Positions 27,154-37,676 of a stretch of 59,743 nt of DNA are shown piece after piece. Origin of the DNA: Clostridium sp. CAG:492. GTDB taxonomy: Bacteria; Bacillota; Clostridia; TANB77; CAG-508. Under the pieces are notes generated by a model. It made no database searches. It was not told the DNA's origin and saw only the letters and a program-made list of their open reading frames with translations. Every line of letters starts with the position of its first letter. Position 1 is the stretch's first letter. The stretch covers positions 79,048 through 138,790 of the forward strand of contig FR878266.1 of assembly GCA_000434335.1 (NCBI GenBank), read 5' to 3'. The position numbers were made by a program, and so were the translations under genes.

Positions 27154-28677
27154 TTAAATAATAATTCTCATTTTTTTATTTGTCTTTTTTGTTAATTCAT
27201 TAAAATCATCTTCACTGAAATTTATTTTTTCTTCTTTTTCAAGAACATTTTCATCATAATAACTTATATTTAATTTTTTATTATCATAAATCATACTTAG
27301 TTGAATTTTATTTATATTAGTCATTTTTGTAATAAAAATATATTTTATAATATTATAATTTATATTATAATCTTTGGCAAATGTATCAACAACTTTATTT
27401 TCACATAATTTGTTAGTAAGTTTTTTCTGTATATTTCTTAGGTCTACTTCTAATTCTTTTAAATCCTTTATTTTTTTATCTTTTTCTATTGGTAATAAAT
27501 TATAATATCTTACCTCATATATTAAATTTACTAATTCTCTTTTTAAATCGAATACTTCTATTTTTTTATATAAACAAGTTATTACTTTCCTTTGCAATGT
27601 TATTAATGCTTTATAAATAGAATTTTCATTTTTTAACAAAATCATAATATCATTTAAACTTCTTACTTCCTTTTCAATTTCTTTTTTTCTTCTTACATAT
27701 TCAAACGGGTTAATTAAATTAGAATCACGATTTATTTTTTCCTTTTTTAATCTCATTATTTTTTTTAATGAATCTTTATATTTTTCTACTGTATCATATT
27801 TTTGCCTAATTCTTTCTTTACTAAAATTCTTTAATATTAATGCTTCACTTTGCAAAATATTTTCTATTTTACCAACAATTTTCATATTTTTATTATTTTC
27901 TACTGTAATTTTGGCAATATACTCAGACTTATTTGCCATTTGTATAAGTTCATTTTTCTTTTCTTCTAAATATTTTAAAACTTCATTTTTATTTTTGTCA
28001 TTATTATTAACATATACCAATATACAACATTTTTCGAAAACATCTAAAAAAGCACTGGTATTTTTTTCTCCATATATTTCACTCATTTTATTTTGCAAAT
28101 CAGCTCTTATTTCTTTACAACTTGTATTGCTTTCTGGAATTTTATTTCCTAATAATAAAAGTAAATTTTGATATATTAAATTATAATATTTACCTAATTT
28201 AGTGTCTATAACATTGTTCCAAGACCACCCATTAAAGTCTCTTATAATTTCTACATTGTTTATAGCTTCACCTTTATTTATTACATTTATAATAGCCTTA
28301 TCAAATATGTTTTTTATTTTTTTTGGATTTGCTGTATTTATATAATATAATGACTGTAATAAATTAACTTCATTTGGAAAAACTTCAATAACCTTATTTT
28401 TTCTATCAATTTTGAGCTTGTTTTTACTTACTTTTGGATTTAAAATTTCAATTTTATTACATTTTTCCCTTAGTATATTAATTATATTTTCAATTATTTC
28501 ACTTTTTGGTTTAGCATTTAACTTTACTTTGGCATAATCTTTATATGATTCCTCAATTCTATATAACGCACTTAATATAAGACTTTTAGCTTCATCGTCA
28601 AAATCTTTTTCATCAAGTACTTCTTCTAATTGAATATCATAATTATTTTTTGAGAATAAGGTTTCTTTATTTTTCAA
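27154..28677 (-). CDS. Hypothetical protein, 507 aa, Lys/Asn/Ile-rich, no recognisable domain
   Basis: Long uninterrupted ORF in very AT-rich DNA, tightly packed between ftsK (15-nt gap) and the RNase gene (12-nt gap). Confidence 0.65.
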   Translation of the reverse strand: MKNKETLFSKNNYDIQLEEVLDEKDFDDEAKSLILSALYRIEESYKDYAKVKLNAKPKSEIIENIINILREKCNKIEILNPKVSKNKLKIDRKNKVIEVFPNEVNLLQSLYYINTANPKKIKNIFDKAIINVINKGEAINNVEIIRDFNGWSWNNVIDTKLGKYYNLIYQNLLLLLGNKIPESNTSCKEIRADLQNKMSEIYGEKNTSAFLDVFEKCCILVYVNNNDKNKNEVLKYLEEKKNELIQMANKSEYIAKITVENNKNMKIVGKIENILQSEALILKNFSKERIRQKYDTVEKYKDSLKKIMRLKKEKINRDSNLINPFEYVRRKKEIEKEVRSLNDIMILLKNENSIYKALITLQRKVITCLYKKIEVFDLKRELVNLIYEVRYYNLLPIEKDKKIKDLKELEVDLRNIQKKLTNKLCENKVVDTFAKDYNINYNIIKYIFITKMTNINKIQLSMIYDNKKLNISYYDENVLEKEEKINFSEDDFNELTKKTNKKMRIII

Positions 28678-28692
28678 ATCGCTTCTCCCCTT

Positions 28693-31038
28693 TTAATTAT
28701 TTTCGCTTGTTTGCATTTTAAGCTCTTCCCATTTTTCTTTACTCATTAATACCTCTCTTGGTTTACTTCCTTGATACCCAGAAATTATACCTCTTTCTTC
28801 CATTTGATCTATTATTCTTCCAGCTCTTGCATATCCTACTTTAAATTTTCTTTGAATAAATGATGTTGATGCTTGTCCAGTTTCTATAACAGTTTCTATT
28901 GCATCTTGTAAGAATGGATCAGAATCATCCTCACAAGCCTCACTTTCTAGTAGCTCTTTATCTGATTTATTGCTTTTTTCTATACTTTCTATTATATCCT
29001 CACTATAATTTACTTCACCAGCATTTGCTTTTATAAAATCAACTATTTTTTCAACTTCCTCATCAGACACGAACGCTCCTTGTATTCTTATAGGCTTTGA
29101 TGCGCCAACTGGATAAAATAGCATATCACCTTTTCCAAGTAATTTTTCTGCTCCTGTTGAGTCTAATATTGTTCTTGAATCTACTTGTGATGAAACAGCA
29201 AATGCAATTCTTGATGGTACATTTGCTTTAATTAAACCCGTGATAACATCTACAGATGGTCTTTGAGTTGCAATTACTAAATGCATTCCAGCGGCTCTAG
29301 CTTTTTGTGCTAATCTACAAATTGCCTCTTCAACTTCTTTTGCAGCAACCATCATTAAATCTGCAAGCTCGTCTATTATAATAACAATTTGTGGTAGTTT
29401 TGCATTTTCATTTTCTTTTTCGATTGCTTTATTGTAACCTTTTAGATCCCTAACACCTTTTTGTGCAAATTTGTTGTATCTATCATCCATTTCTTGAACA
29501 GCCCACGCCAATGCGCCAGCTGCCTTTTTAGGATCTGTTACAACTGGAATAAGTAAATGAGGTATTCCATTATAAACTGATAATTCAACAACTTTAGGGT
29601 CAACCATTACAAGTTTTACTTCACTTGGTTTTGCATTATAAATTATACTTGTTATAATTGAGTTTATACAAACACTTTTACCAGAACCTGTTGAACCAGC
29701 AATTAATACGTGTGGCATTTTTCCAATATCCGCAATTATTGTTTTACCAGCAACATCTTTTCCAAGTGCTACACTTAGTTTTGATTTATTATTTTCAAAT
29801 TCGCTACTTTCTATAACTTCTCTTAAATGTACTGCTTCTTTTTCTTTATTTGGTACTTCAATTCCAACTGCCTGTTTACCTGGTATTGGAGCTTCAATTC
29901 TTATTGTTTCTGCAGCCAAGTTTAAAGCTATATCATCTGCTAAATTTGCGATTTTACTAACTCTTGTTCCCTCTGCTGGCTTTAATTCATATCTTGTTAT
30001 TGTTGGCCCTACAGAAACATTTTCAACTTTTGCAGATACACCAAAACTATATAATGTTTTTTGCAATTTTGCAGCTGTATCAGCCAACATTTTTGCACTT
30101 CCTCTTGAAGTTTTTTTACCTTTACTTAATAATTCTACTGGAGGATATTCATAATGTTCATCTTCAACAACTAAAGCGTGCTCTAATTGTAATACTTCTT
30201 TTTTCTTATCTTCTTTTTTCTCTTCTTCTTGCTTAAACAAATTACTTTCTATGTAATCATTATTTTTATTACTACTATTTTTTGCTTTTTGCTCTTGCTC
30301 CAACATATTTATAGTTAATTGTTCATCAACCTTTAAGGCTTCTCTTCTGCGCTCTTCTTTTTCTCTTTGCTTTCTCTCTCTAGCGGTTTCTGGCTTTGAA
30401 TAAACAATATCGCCCAAATCTTCTTGAATAACAGATTGTTTTCTACTTTTAACATTTTGTTGATTATCGCTTCTATTTAATTTTCTTTCATCTTCCATTT
30501 TATTTACAAAATTAGATATATGTTCACTTGGTTTTAATCTTAATACGATTACAGCAACAATAATTGCTATTCCAATAATAATTATTAATGCTGCTACTGG
30601 TTCAAATAACTTTACTAATGGATATGATATTAATAAACCTATAACACCTCCACCTTTATTCATTTTACCTAGATAAAAAGCTCTGTCTATACATTCTTGA
30701 AACTGAATATTATACTCTAATACATTATTTAATATTTGATATAATGTCATTGTTGCAGAACAGCATAATAATATAATTGAAGTCGGAATTATTTTAGCTA
30801 ATAATTCATTTTTATATTTACTAAACATATATATTGCAGCTACGAAAGGAATAATTGGAACAATATACTTAAAAATTCCCATTATTCCTCCTAATATTTC
30901 ATTTAAAAAGTTTCCCATATATCCAGAATTTCCATATATTAAAATTGCCAATACTATTCCGACTAATATTAATAGAATTACTTTTATGTCTGAATTTAAT
31001 TTAATTTGTTTCTTTTTGCTTTTTTTCTTTTTTGGCAT
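28693..31038 (-). CDS. ftsK: DNA translocase FtsK/SpoIIIE
   Basis: N-terminal TM helices, a charged linker, motor domain with Walker A GSTGSGKS, and a gamma winged-helix domain. ATG at 31038 is preceded by GGAGG plus 8 nt; the track start at 31056 is a TTG. Confidence 0.95.
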   Translation of the reverse strand: MPKKKKSKKKQIKLNSDIKVILLILVGIVLAILIYGNSGYMGNFLNEILGGIMGIFKYIVPIIPFVAAIYMFSKYKNELLAKIIPTSIILLCCSATMTLYQILNNVLEYNIQFQECIDRAFYLGKMNKGGGVIGLLISYPLVKLFEPVAALIIIIGIAIIVAVIVLRLKPSEHISNFVNKMEDERKLNRSDNQQNVKSRKQSVIQEDLGDIVYSKPETARERKQREKEERRREALKVDEQLTINMLEQEQKAKNSSNKNNDYIESNLFKQEEEKKEDKKKEVLQLEHALVVEDEHYEYPPVELLSKGKKTSRGSAKMLADTAAKLQKTLYSFGVSAKVENVSVGPTITRYELKPAEGTRVSKIANLADDIALNLAAETIRIEAPIPGKQAVGIEVPNKEKEAVHLREVIESSEFENNKSKLSVALGKDVAGKTIIADIGKMPHVLIAGSTGSGKSVCINSIITSIIYNAKPSEVKLVMVDPKVVELSVYNGIPHLLIPVVTDPKKAAGALAWAVQEMDDRYNKFAQKGVRDLKGYNKAIEKENENAKLPQIVIIIDELADLMMVAAKEVEEAICRLAQKARAAGMHLVIATQRPSVDVITGLIKANVPSRIAFAVSSQVDSRTILDSTGAEKLLGKGDMLFYPVGASKPIRIQGAFVSDEEVEKIVDFIKANAGEVNYSEDIIESIEKSNKSDKELLESEACEDDSDPFLQDAIETVIETGQASTSFIQRKFKVGYARAGRIIDQMEERGIISGYQGSKPREVLMSKEKWEELKMQTSENN

Positions 31039-31115
31039 ATTATATCCTCCAATCAAAAAAAGTAACCGGATACATAATATTTTATAAAAAACTCCGATTA
31101 CTGATTTACTATTAT

Positions 31116-31553
31116 TTATTTAAGTTCATTACGATTATTTTGAATTATCTTTAAAGCTTCTTGTAGAGATACTTCTATTCCGTTTAATAAATTATCTGCA
31201 TAATCTTTTGTACCTTTTGAAATTTCTCTTGACATTTCATTTGCAGTTTCAATAATCTCTGCTTTTTTCTCATATGCTTTTTTTGTTATTTCATGTTCAT
31301 CAATCATTGATATAATTCTATTTTCTGCTTCTTTAACTATATCATCGGCTTCTTTTTGTGCTTCTACTAAAATACGTTGTCTTTCTTCTTTAATCCATTT
31401 AGCCTGCTTTAATTCTTCTGGTAATTTTAATCTTAATTCACTAATTATTTCTAAAATTTCTTCTTTATCAACTAACACTTTGTTTGAAAATGGTACTCCC
31501 TTGCTTTTTTCTAGTATATCCTCTATGTTTTCTAATAAAGTAAATATTTCCAT
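31116..31553 (-). CDS. Coiled-coil protein of unknown function (145 aa)
   Basis: Charged heptad-like sequence; starts 3 nt after rsmD, so probably the same operon. Confidence 0.6.
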   Translation of the reverse strand: MEIFTLLENIEDILEKSKGVPFSNKVLVDKEEILEIISELRLKLPEELKQAKWIKEERQRILVEAQKEADDIVKEAENRIISMIDEHEITKKAYEKKAEIIETANEMSREISKGTKDYADNLLNGIEVSLQEALKIIQNNRNELK

Positions 31554-31556
31554 TGT

Positions 31557-32118
31557 TTAACCCCTTTCGGCCAAAAATATAAGATTAGCTCTCCCATATT
31601 TTCTGCTATCATAAATTTCAACATTCATTGTTTTTAAATTTCTTAATTCTCTTTCTTTTTCATCTGTTTCTATTATTATTATTCCATTTTCATTTAATAG
31701 CTTATATTCTAATATTATTTTTACTGCTTCTTTTGAAATATCTAAATCATATGGTGGATCCAAAAATATAATATCAAATTTTATTTTATTATTTTTTAAT
31801 TCATTCAAACATTTAGCATAATCTTTATTAATAATAATAGCATCTTCTTGTAATCTTGTTCTTTTAAGATTATCAATTATAAATTTAACAGCATTACGTG
31901 ACTTATCACACATATATGCCTTTTTGCATCCCCTACTTAAAAACTCTATTCCGATAGCTCCACTACCAGCAAATAAATCTAAAACTATAGAATCTTCTAT
32001 TTTATTGTTTATAATATTAAATAAAGATTCTTTAACTCTATCTAATGTTGGTCTTGTAGCAATATCATCTATTGAATTTAATTTTGTTCCTCTTGCTTTA
32101 CCGACTAATAACTCTCAT
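31557..32118 (-). CDS. rsmD: 16S rRNA (guanine966-N2)-methyltransferase RsmD, with an apparent single-base insertion (frameshift) at codon 6
   Basis: AGGAG plus 5 nt, then ATG AGA GTT ATT AGT CGG TAA. Shifting one base gives GKARGTKLNSIDDIATRPTLDRVKESLFNII...LDLFAGSGAIGIEFLSRG...FLDPPY, in frame with the track ORF 31557-31913. The extra base is at about 32103. Confidence 0.8.
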
Positions 32119-32270
32119 ATTTACTCCTGCCTAAGTACTATTATTAAATTCTTTATATATTTTATAATTATTTTTGCATATGTCAATATATATTATAAAA
32201 ATGTAATATAGATTTAATAAATTTGTAATATTTTGGTATTATTGTAATATTTAAAATTAATATAGAAATC

Positions 32271-32303
32271 AAAAACAGAGGTAATAATTTTTCCTCTGTT
32301 TTT
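32271..32303 (-). terminator. Terminator after divIVA
   Basis: aaaaacagagg / cctctgttttt. Confidence 0.7.
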
Positions 32304-32321
32304 CATTAGTTACTTTATCTT

Positions 32322-32775
32322 TTAGTTTTCCTTTTTCATATCTTTAATAAGCTCTAATTGTGAAATTAATAAAGATTCCATTTTAGCTTTAAATACATCT
32401 AATTGTTTATCTAAATCTTCTTGCTCTTTTCTTTTAATTATAATTGATTGATTTAATGTTTCTACTGATTGTCTTGCTGTTCCTTCTGCATCTTTAATTA
32501 TTTGGCTAGCTTGTTGTTTTGCATTATTAATAATTTCGTCACCTGTTGATTGCGCTATAATTAAAGTGTTTTGTATAGCAGATTCTCTACCTTTGCATTC
32601 AGTTAATTCTTTTTTTACTTGCTCTAGCTCTTTATTTAATGATGAAACTTCTTTACACTTTTTTTCTAGCTCTTCAGTTACTTGATCTAAAAATTCATCA
32701 ACCTCTTCCATGCTATATCCATTCCATCCGTTTAGAGAATTTCTTATTTTCAATATCTAATGGTGTAATCATCAT
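32322..32775 (-). CDS. divIVA: DivIVA-domain cell-division protein, with an apparent single-base insertion (frameshift) after codon 17
   Basis: AGGAGG plus 7 nt, then ATG ATG ATT ACA CCA TTA GAT ATT GAA AAT AAG AAA TTC TCT AAA CGG ATG GAA TGG ATA TAG. Removing one G after CGG ATG gives MMITPLDIENKKFSKRMNGYSMEEVDEFLDQV, the canonical DivIVA N-terminus joined to the track ORF 32322-32753. Confidence 0.8.
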
Positions 32776-32795
32776 TTATATCCCTCCTAAACTTT

Positions 32796-33269
32796 TTACT
32801 CGTTTGGTATGTTATTTTTTAACCATGAAACAGAAAGTTTATTTTTTATTTCTTCTCTTGCCATTTCTGTTGTAATATCATAATTGTATGGAGCTATTAA
32901 AAATATAGAATTTGATACTTTTTGCATATGTCCATCTAAAGCATGAACAGCTCCGCTTACAACATCTATTATACGTCTAGCAATATCTTTATTTACATAT
33001 TCTAAATTTACAATCACTGATTTTTTTTCTTTTAAAAGATCACAAATACCTTCAGATTGTTCAAAAGTTGTAGGTTGAGATATTACCATTTTTACTTGTT
33101 GTGCTTGTGGTAAACTTAATAGTTTTGAACGTTTTCCCCAAGATTTTTTTTCTTCAACTTCCTCTTCTGGTTGTTCATAATCGTATTCATCATATTCATT
33201 TTCATCTTTTTCTTCTGCATTATCCATACCAAATAAATCCCATACCTTGTTCATTATAGCTCCTGACAT
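32796..33269 (-). CDS. sepF: Cell division protein SepF
   Basis: Acidic N-terminal region followed by the conserved C-terminal domain (VISQPTTFEQSEGICDLLKEKKSVIVNLE...IFLIAP). Confidence 0.85.
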   Translation of the reverse strand: MSGAIMNKVWDLFGMDNAEEKDENEYDEYDYEQPEEEVEEKKSWGKRSKLLSLPQAQQVKMVISQPTTFEQSEGICDLLKEKKSVIVNLEYVNKDIARRIIDVVSGAVHALDGHMQKVSNSIFLIAPYNYDITTEMAREEIKNKLSVSWLKNNIPNE

Positions 33270-33404
33270 ATATATAACCTCCTAAATTTTAATACTCTTC
33301 ATTTGTATTAACTTGCATATAGTATCTAACTTTTTTGGCGCATTGTCAATACTTTTAAATTTTTGTAATAGAAACTTAATATTTTTGTAATATTTTTGTA
33401 ATAT

Positions 33405-34592
33405 TTAATTTTCAATTTGATCAAAAACTGAAATTGATTTTTTACTTGAAATTCCTGTTGTATCATATCCAGCATCCTTTAATTCTGAATATGAATAATT
33501 TTCTACAATTGAATATTTATCATTACTTCTTAATATCTTTACAAATATTTTTTCCTTTAATCCTGCTCTATTTCTTATAACATATGCTATATTTCCCTCA
33601 TATTTAATTGCTGAATTCGGTATCTTTAATCCAGAATCACTCCACCAAATAACATCAAATGATGTTTTCCTATATTTTATAAGCTCAGCCACATCATTAT
33701 TTATTTCAAATACCAATAATACTTTATTGTTATCTTCTGATGCTTTATATACAATCTTAGCTGGTATTTCCTCTGAATTCTGTAATCTAATTTTTATGCT
33801 TTTCCCAACCTCAGAATTTCTAGCTTCCTCCGAATTAAGAATACATACAACATTACATTGAAAATTGTCAACTATTTTTCCAGAATTATTACTTAAGGCA
33901 ACAATTTGTCCTGTTTGTATATCTAAATTTTTTAAATACTGTTCACTTAAATATGAAAAATCTCCGGATTTTAATGTATTTTCTAATCCATCTACTCTAT
34001 ATGATATTACACCACTCGTATCTGCTACTATATATCTTGAATTATTATTTAATTGGTTTTCATATGAATTTCGCTCACTTACTAACTTTTTTAGTGTTTC
34101 ATTATTTGAGTTTTCCGCTTTTACTTTCATTTTTTTCGTTAAATATGTATTTATTTCAGTCTTTCCTTGACTTATTTTATTTAAATTATTACTTTCACAT
34201 ATCTCACTTAATTTTTTATCAATTTGATTATTCATTAACTTAATATCTGTGGAAAAATATGTGTCATCATTATTTAAATTTTTTTGTATCTCTATATCTA
34301 TATCTTCTATTTTTTTATTTATTTCATCTTCATTTTCAATGCAATATCTATATATAGATTCACCTTTTGCTACTTTTTCACCCTCAGATTTAATTGGTAC
34401 AATTTTGTCATTTGTATTTTCTTTATTTATGATAGTTTCATCTCTAATAATGTATCCTTCTGTAAATTCTTCTTGGTAAATCTTTCCTTTCTCAACGACA
34501 AATGTTGATGTTGGTTTTTTTACTATTTTAACAAGTAATGCAATTAAGTATATTAATACAATAATTCCTATAATTATAAACACTACTTTCAA
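33405..34592 (-). CDS. Membrane-anchored HlyD-like (barrel-sandwich/lipoyl-like) protein
   Basis: N-terminal TM helix, GEKVAKGESIYRY lipoyl-like hairpin, long coiled-coil middle region. Confidence 0.45.
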   Translation of the reverse strand: MKVVFIIIGIIVLIYLIALLVKIVKKPTSTFVVEKGKIYQEEFTEGYIIRDETIINKENTNDKIVPIKSEGEKVAKGESIYRYCIENEDEINKKIEDIDIEIQKNLNNDDTYFSTDIKLMNNQIDKKLSEICESNNLNKISQGKTEINTYLTKKMKVKAENSNNETLKKLVSERNSYENQLNNNSRYIVADTSGVISYRVDGLENTLKSGDFSYLSEQYLKNLDIQTGQIVALSNNSGKIVDNFQCNVVCILNSEEARNSEVGKSIKIRLQNSEEIPAKIVYKASEDNNKVLLVFEINNDVAELIKYRKTSFDVIWWSDSGLKIPNSAIKYEGNIAYVIRNRAGLKEKIFVKILRSNDKYSIVENYSYSELKDAGYDTTGISSKKSISVFDQIEN

Positions 34593-34632
34593 TATCTTTT
34601 TGTTTTTTAAATTTTTCTTTTCTATAGTTCCT

Positions 34633-35553
34633 TCACCTTATTTCTTCCAAAATGATTTCTGTATTTTTTATGGTTCCATTTGAAGCATCTAACCATTTAA
34701 TAGATTTGTTTCTTCTAAACCAAGTTAGTTGTCTTTTAGCATATCTTCTGCTCTCCATTTTTATTTTTTCTATCATTTCTTCTTTAGAATATTCATTATT
34801 AAAATATGCCACAACTTCTTTATATCCTAAGCCTTGCATCGCTGTAGGAATTTCATTATACTTTTTCATTAAATTTTTAACTTCTTCAATTAATCCATTT
34901 TTTACCATTATGTCTACTCTTCTGTTTATTCTATCATATAAAATAGCTCTATCCATATCTATAGCAAATACTTTAAAATCATATTTAAGCTCTTTCTTTC
35001 TGGATTCTATTTCAAGTTCTGTTTTTGTTTTTCCTGTTGATTTATATATTTCTAATATTCTGCAAATTCTTTTTTTATCATTTTTACTTATTTTTTCTGC
35101 TGCATGCTTATCTATTTTTTCTGCTAAACTATATAAGTAATCTAAACCTTTTTCATCGGCAATTTTTTCAAGCTCTTTTCTATATTCTAAGTCAACATTC
35201 ATTTCGTTATACTCAATTCCATATATTAAAGAATCAACATATAGTCCTGTTCCTCCTACAATTATTGGTGTTTTATCTTTTTTTAATATTTCTTCAATTG
35301 CAAATGTAGCATCTTTTTTAAAATCTGCAACACTATATCTTACAGATGGAGAAACACAATCTATTAAATAATGTTTAATATTTTGCATTTCTTCTACTGT
35401 TGGTTTTGCAGTTCCTATGTCCATATCTTTATATATCTGCATAGAGTCTGCTGAAATAATTTCACCATTTATTTTTTTTGCAAGTTCTATTGAAAGAGCC
35501 GTTTTGCCAGATGCAGTTGGTCCACAAATTACAATTACCTTTGGCTTTTCCAT
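34633..35553 (-). CDS. miaA: tRNA dimethylallyltransferase
   Basis: P-loop GPTASGKT, DSMQIYKDMDIGTAKP. Confidence 0.95.
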   Translation of the reverse strand: MEKPKVIVICGPTASGKTALSIELAKKINGEIISADSMQIYKDMDIGTAKPTVEEMQNIKHYLIDCVSPSVRYSVADFKKDATFAIEEILKKDKTPIIVGGTGLYVDSLIYGIEYNEMNVDLEYRKELEKIADEKGLDYLYSLAEKIDKHAAEKISKNDKKRICRILEIYKSTGKTKTELEIESRKKELKYDFKVFAIDMDRAILYDRINRRVDIMVKNGLIEEVKNLMKKYNEIPTAMQGLGYKEVVAYFNNEYSKEEMIEKIKMESRRYAKRQLTWFRRNKSIKWLDASNGTIKNTEIILEEIR

Positions 35554-35567
35554 ATTGTTCTCCTTTA

Positions 35568-37676
35568 TTATTTTGAAAATTTCTTTTCTATTTCGTACTC
35601 AGACAATTTTATTGCTATTGATTTGCCTTGTGGACAAGAAAATGGTTGATCTAATACTAATAACTTTTGCATTAAACTATCTACTTCTTCAAATGTAAGA
35701 GCTTTTTTTATTTTTTCTGCAACTTTGCTTGCTATTGTAGCAATAAATTTATCTTCAATTTCCCTTTTAGCAGTTCTAGCCACAGTATTTATTGCATCTA
35801 AGCTTTCAATAAACAATTCTTTTGTATCTAAATTTATACAGATACTAGGTACTCCACTTAATTTTATAGTATTATCACCAAATTCCTCAAGTTCAAATCC
35901 TGCTTTTTTAAACAATTCCATATTGTCTTTTGCAATATCCATTTGCTTATGTGTTAAAGTTATTATATCTGGTAAAAGCATCATTTGAGAGTCTTTTTCA
36001 TCATTATAGTAATTTTTCTTTATTCCTTCATACATAATTCTTTCATTAGCAGATTGTTGATTTATAATATATAACTCATTTTCAATTTCTACAATTATAT
36101 AAGATGAAAAAGCAATTCCTATAAATTTATATTTTATATTTGATATATATAAATCTTTTTTCAAAATAGGTGCAACATCTTCATCAGCCTTTTTTATTTC
36201 TACTTCATCATTTTTTTCAATATATTCTGGTTTGTTTTCTTCTACCTTTTTTTCTGATGTTATTGGCTTAATTCCAAATGTTTTTCTATACATTTCTTCA
36301 AATTCATCATCTAAATTTATATTGTTTTCTTTACTTGAATTTTGCTCTTCATTTTGCTCATTATTCGAAATTGGCTCTGCTTCATTATTGTAAGAAATTT
36401 TTTCATTATCATTCACTTCTTCTACAACTTTATAGCTAGAAGTAGTATTATCCTCTTGTACTTTGTTATTACTATTTTCCTCGGTAGTTTTATTCATTGA
36501 ATTTATTAGCTTTTCATTATAAATATCCTCAATTAAATTTCCTGTACTTTTTGCACTTATATTCATATTAAAATTTGAATTTGTTTCCTTAGGTTGATAC
36601 TTAGGTATTCCAAATTCATCTAATTCAATTTTATTTTTTTCATTTATAAAATTTTCTTTTTCTTGCTCTTTATTTTCTGTCAAATTATTGTTTTGCATAA
36701 ATGATTCTTTTATTGAATGATAAACTAATTTAAATACCTTATTTTCCTCTTGAAATCTAACTTCTAGTTTAGCAGGATGCACATTTACATCTAATTTATG
36801 TGGATCTATTTCTAAATTTAATATTAAGAATCCATATTTTCCGGGTAAAAGCATTCCTTTAAAAGCTTGCTCTGCAGCACTTGTTAATGTTTTATCTTTT
36901 ACAAATCTATTATTTACAAAAAATAGTTGATTTGACCTATTAGACTTTGCTATTGATGGCTTTCCAATACATCCTACAACACTCATATCTTCATATTGAT
37001 AATCAACTTTTATTATGTTTTCGGCTATTTCTTTGCCATATATACTATATACAACGTCTTTAATATCTCCGCTTCCATTAGTATTAATTATATTTTTATT
37101 TAAATTAATTAATTTAACAGATACATTAGGATTTACTAAAGCAATTCTTGTAACCGCATCTTCAACATAACCTGTTTCAGTAAAATCTTTCTTTAAAAAT
37201 TTATATCTTACAGGTGTATTATAAAATAAATTTTCAACAATTATCGTTGTGCCTTTAGGACATCCAACAACTTCTTTAGTTATTATATTTCCACCTTCAA
37301 CAACTATTTTATATCCTAATTCACTATCAGCAGTTCTTGAAGTTAATTCTACGTGCGCTATAGCGGCAATACTTGCTAATGCCTCTCCTCTAAATCCCAT
37401 TGATTTTACAGTTTCTAGATCTTTTGCACTTCTTATTTTACTTGTTGCGTGTCTTTCAAATGCAATTTCCATATCATCTGGTAAAATACCTTTTCCATTA
37501 TCTGTTATTCGTATATATGTTATTCCACCATTTTTTATTTCTACTGTTACATTTGTTGCTCCAGCATCTATTGAGTTTTCCATTAATTCTTTAACAACAG
37601 ATGCTGGTCTTTCGATAACTTCACCTGCTGCAATTTTATTAATAGTCAAATCATCTAACAGTACTATATTGCCCAT
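35568..37676 (-). CDS. mutL: DNA mismatch repair protein MutL
   Basis: GHKL ATPase N-terminus (INKIAAGEVIERPASVVKELMENSIDAG), low-complexity linker, C-terminal dimerisation domain with CPQGKS-like (CPQGKSIA) segment. The ATG at 37676 is preferred over 37700. Confidence 0.95.
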   Translation of the reverse strand: MGNIVLLDDLTINKIAAGEVIERPASVVKELMENSIDAGATNVTVEIKNGGITYIRITDNGKGILPDDMEIAFERHATSKIRSAKDLETVKSMGFRGEALASIAAIAHVELTSRTADSELGYKIVVEGGNIITKEVVGCPKGTTIIVENLFYNTPVRYKFLKKDFTETGYVEDAVTRIALVNPNVSVKLINLNKNIINTNGSGDIKDVVYSIYGKEIAENIIKVDYQYEDMSVVGCIGKPSIAKSNRSNQLFFVNNRFVKDKTLTSAAEQAFKGMLLPGKYGFLILNLEIDPHKLDVNVHPAKLEVRFQEENKVFKLVYHSIKESFMQNNNLTENKEQEKENFINEKNKIELDEFGIPKYQPKETNSNFNMNISAKSTGNLIEDIYNEKLINSMNKTTEENSNNKVQEDNTTSSYKVVEEVNDNEKISYNNEAEPISNNEQNEEQNSSKENNINLDDEFEEMYRKTFGIKPITSEKKVEENKPEYIEKNDEVEIKKADEDVAPILKKDLYISNIKYKFIGIAFSSYIIVEIENELYIINQQSANERIMYEGIKKNYYNDEKDSQMMLLPDIITLTHKQMDIAKDNMELFKKAGFELEEFGDNTIKLSGVPSICINLDTKELFIESLDAINTVARTAKREIEDKFIATIASKVAEKIKKALTFEEVDSLMQKLLVLDQPFSCPQGKSIAIKLSEYEIEKKFSK

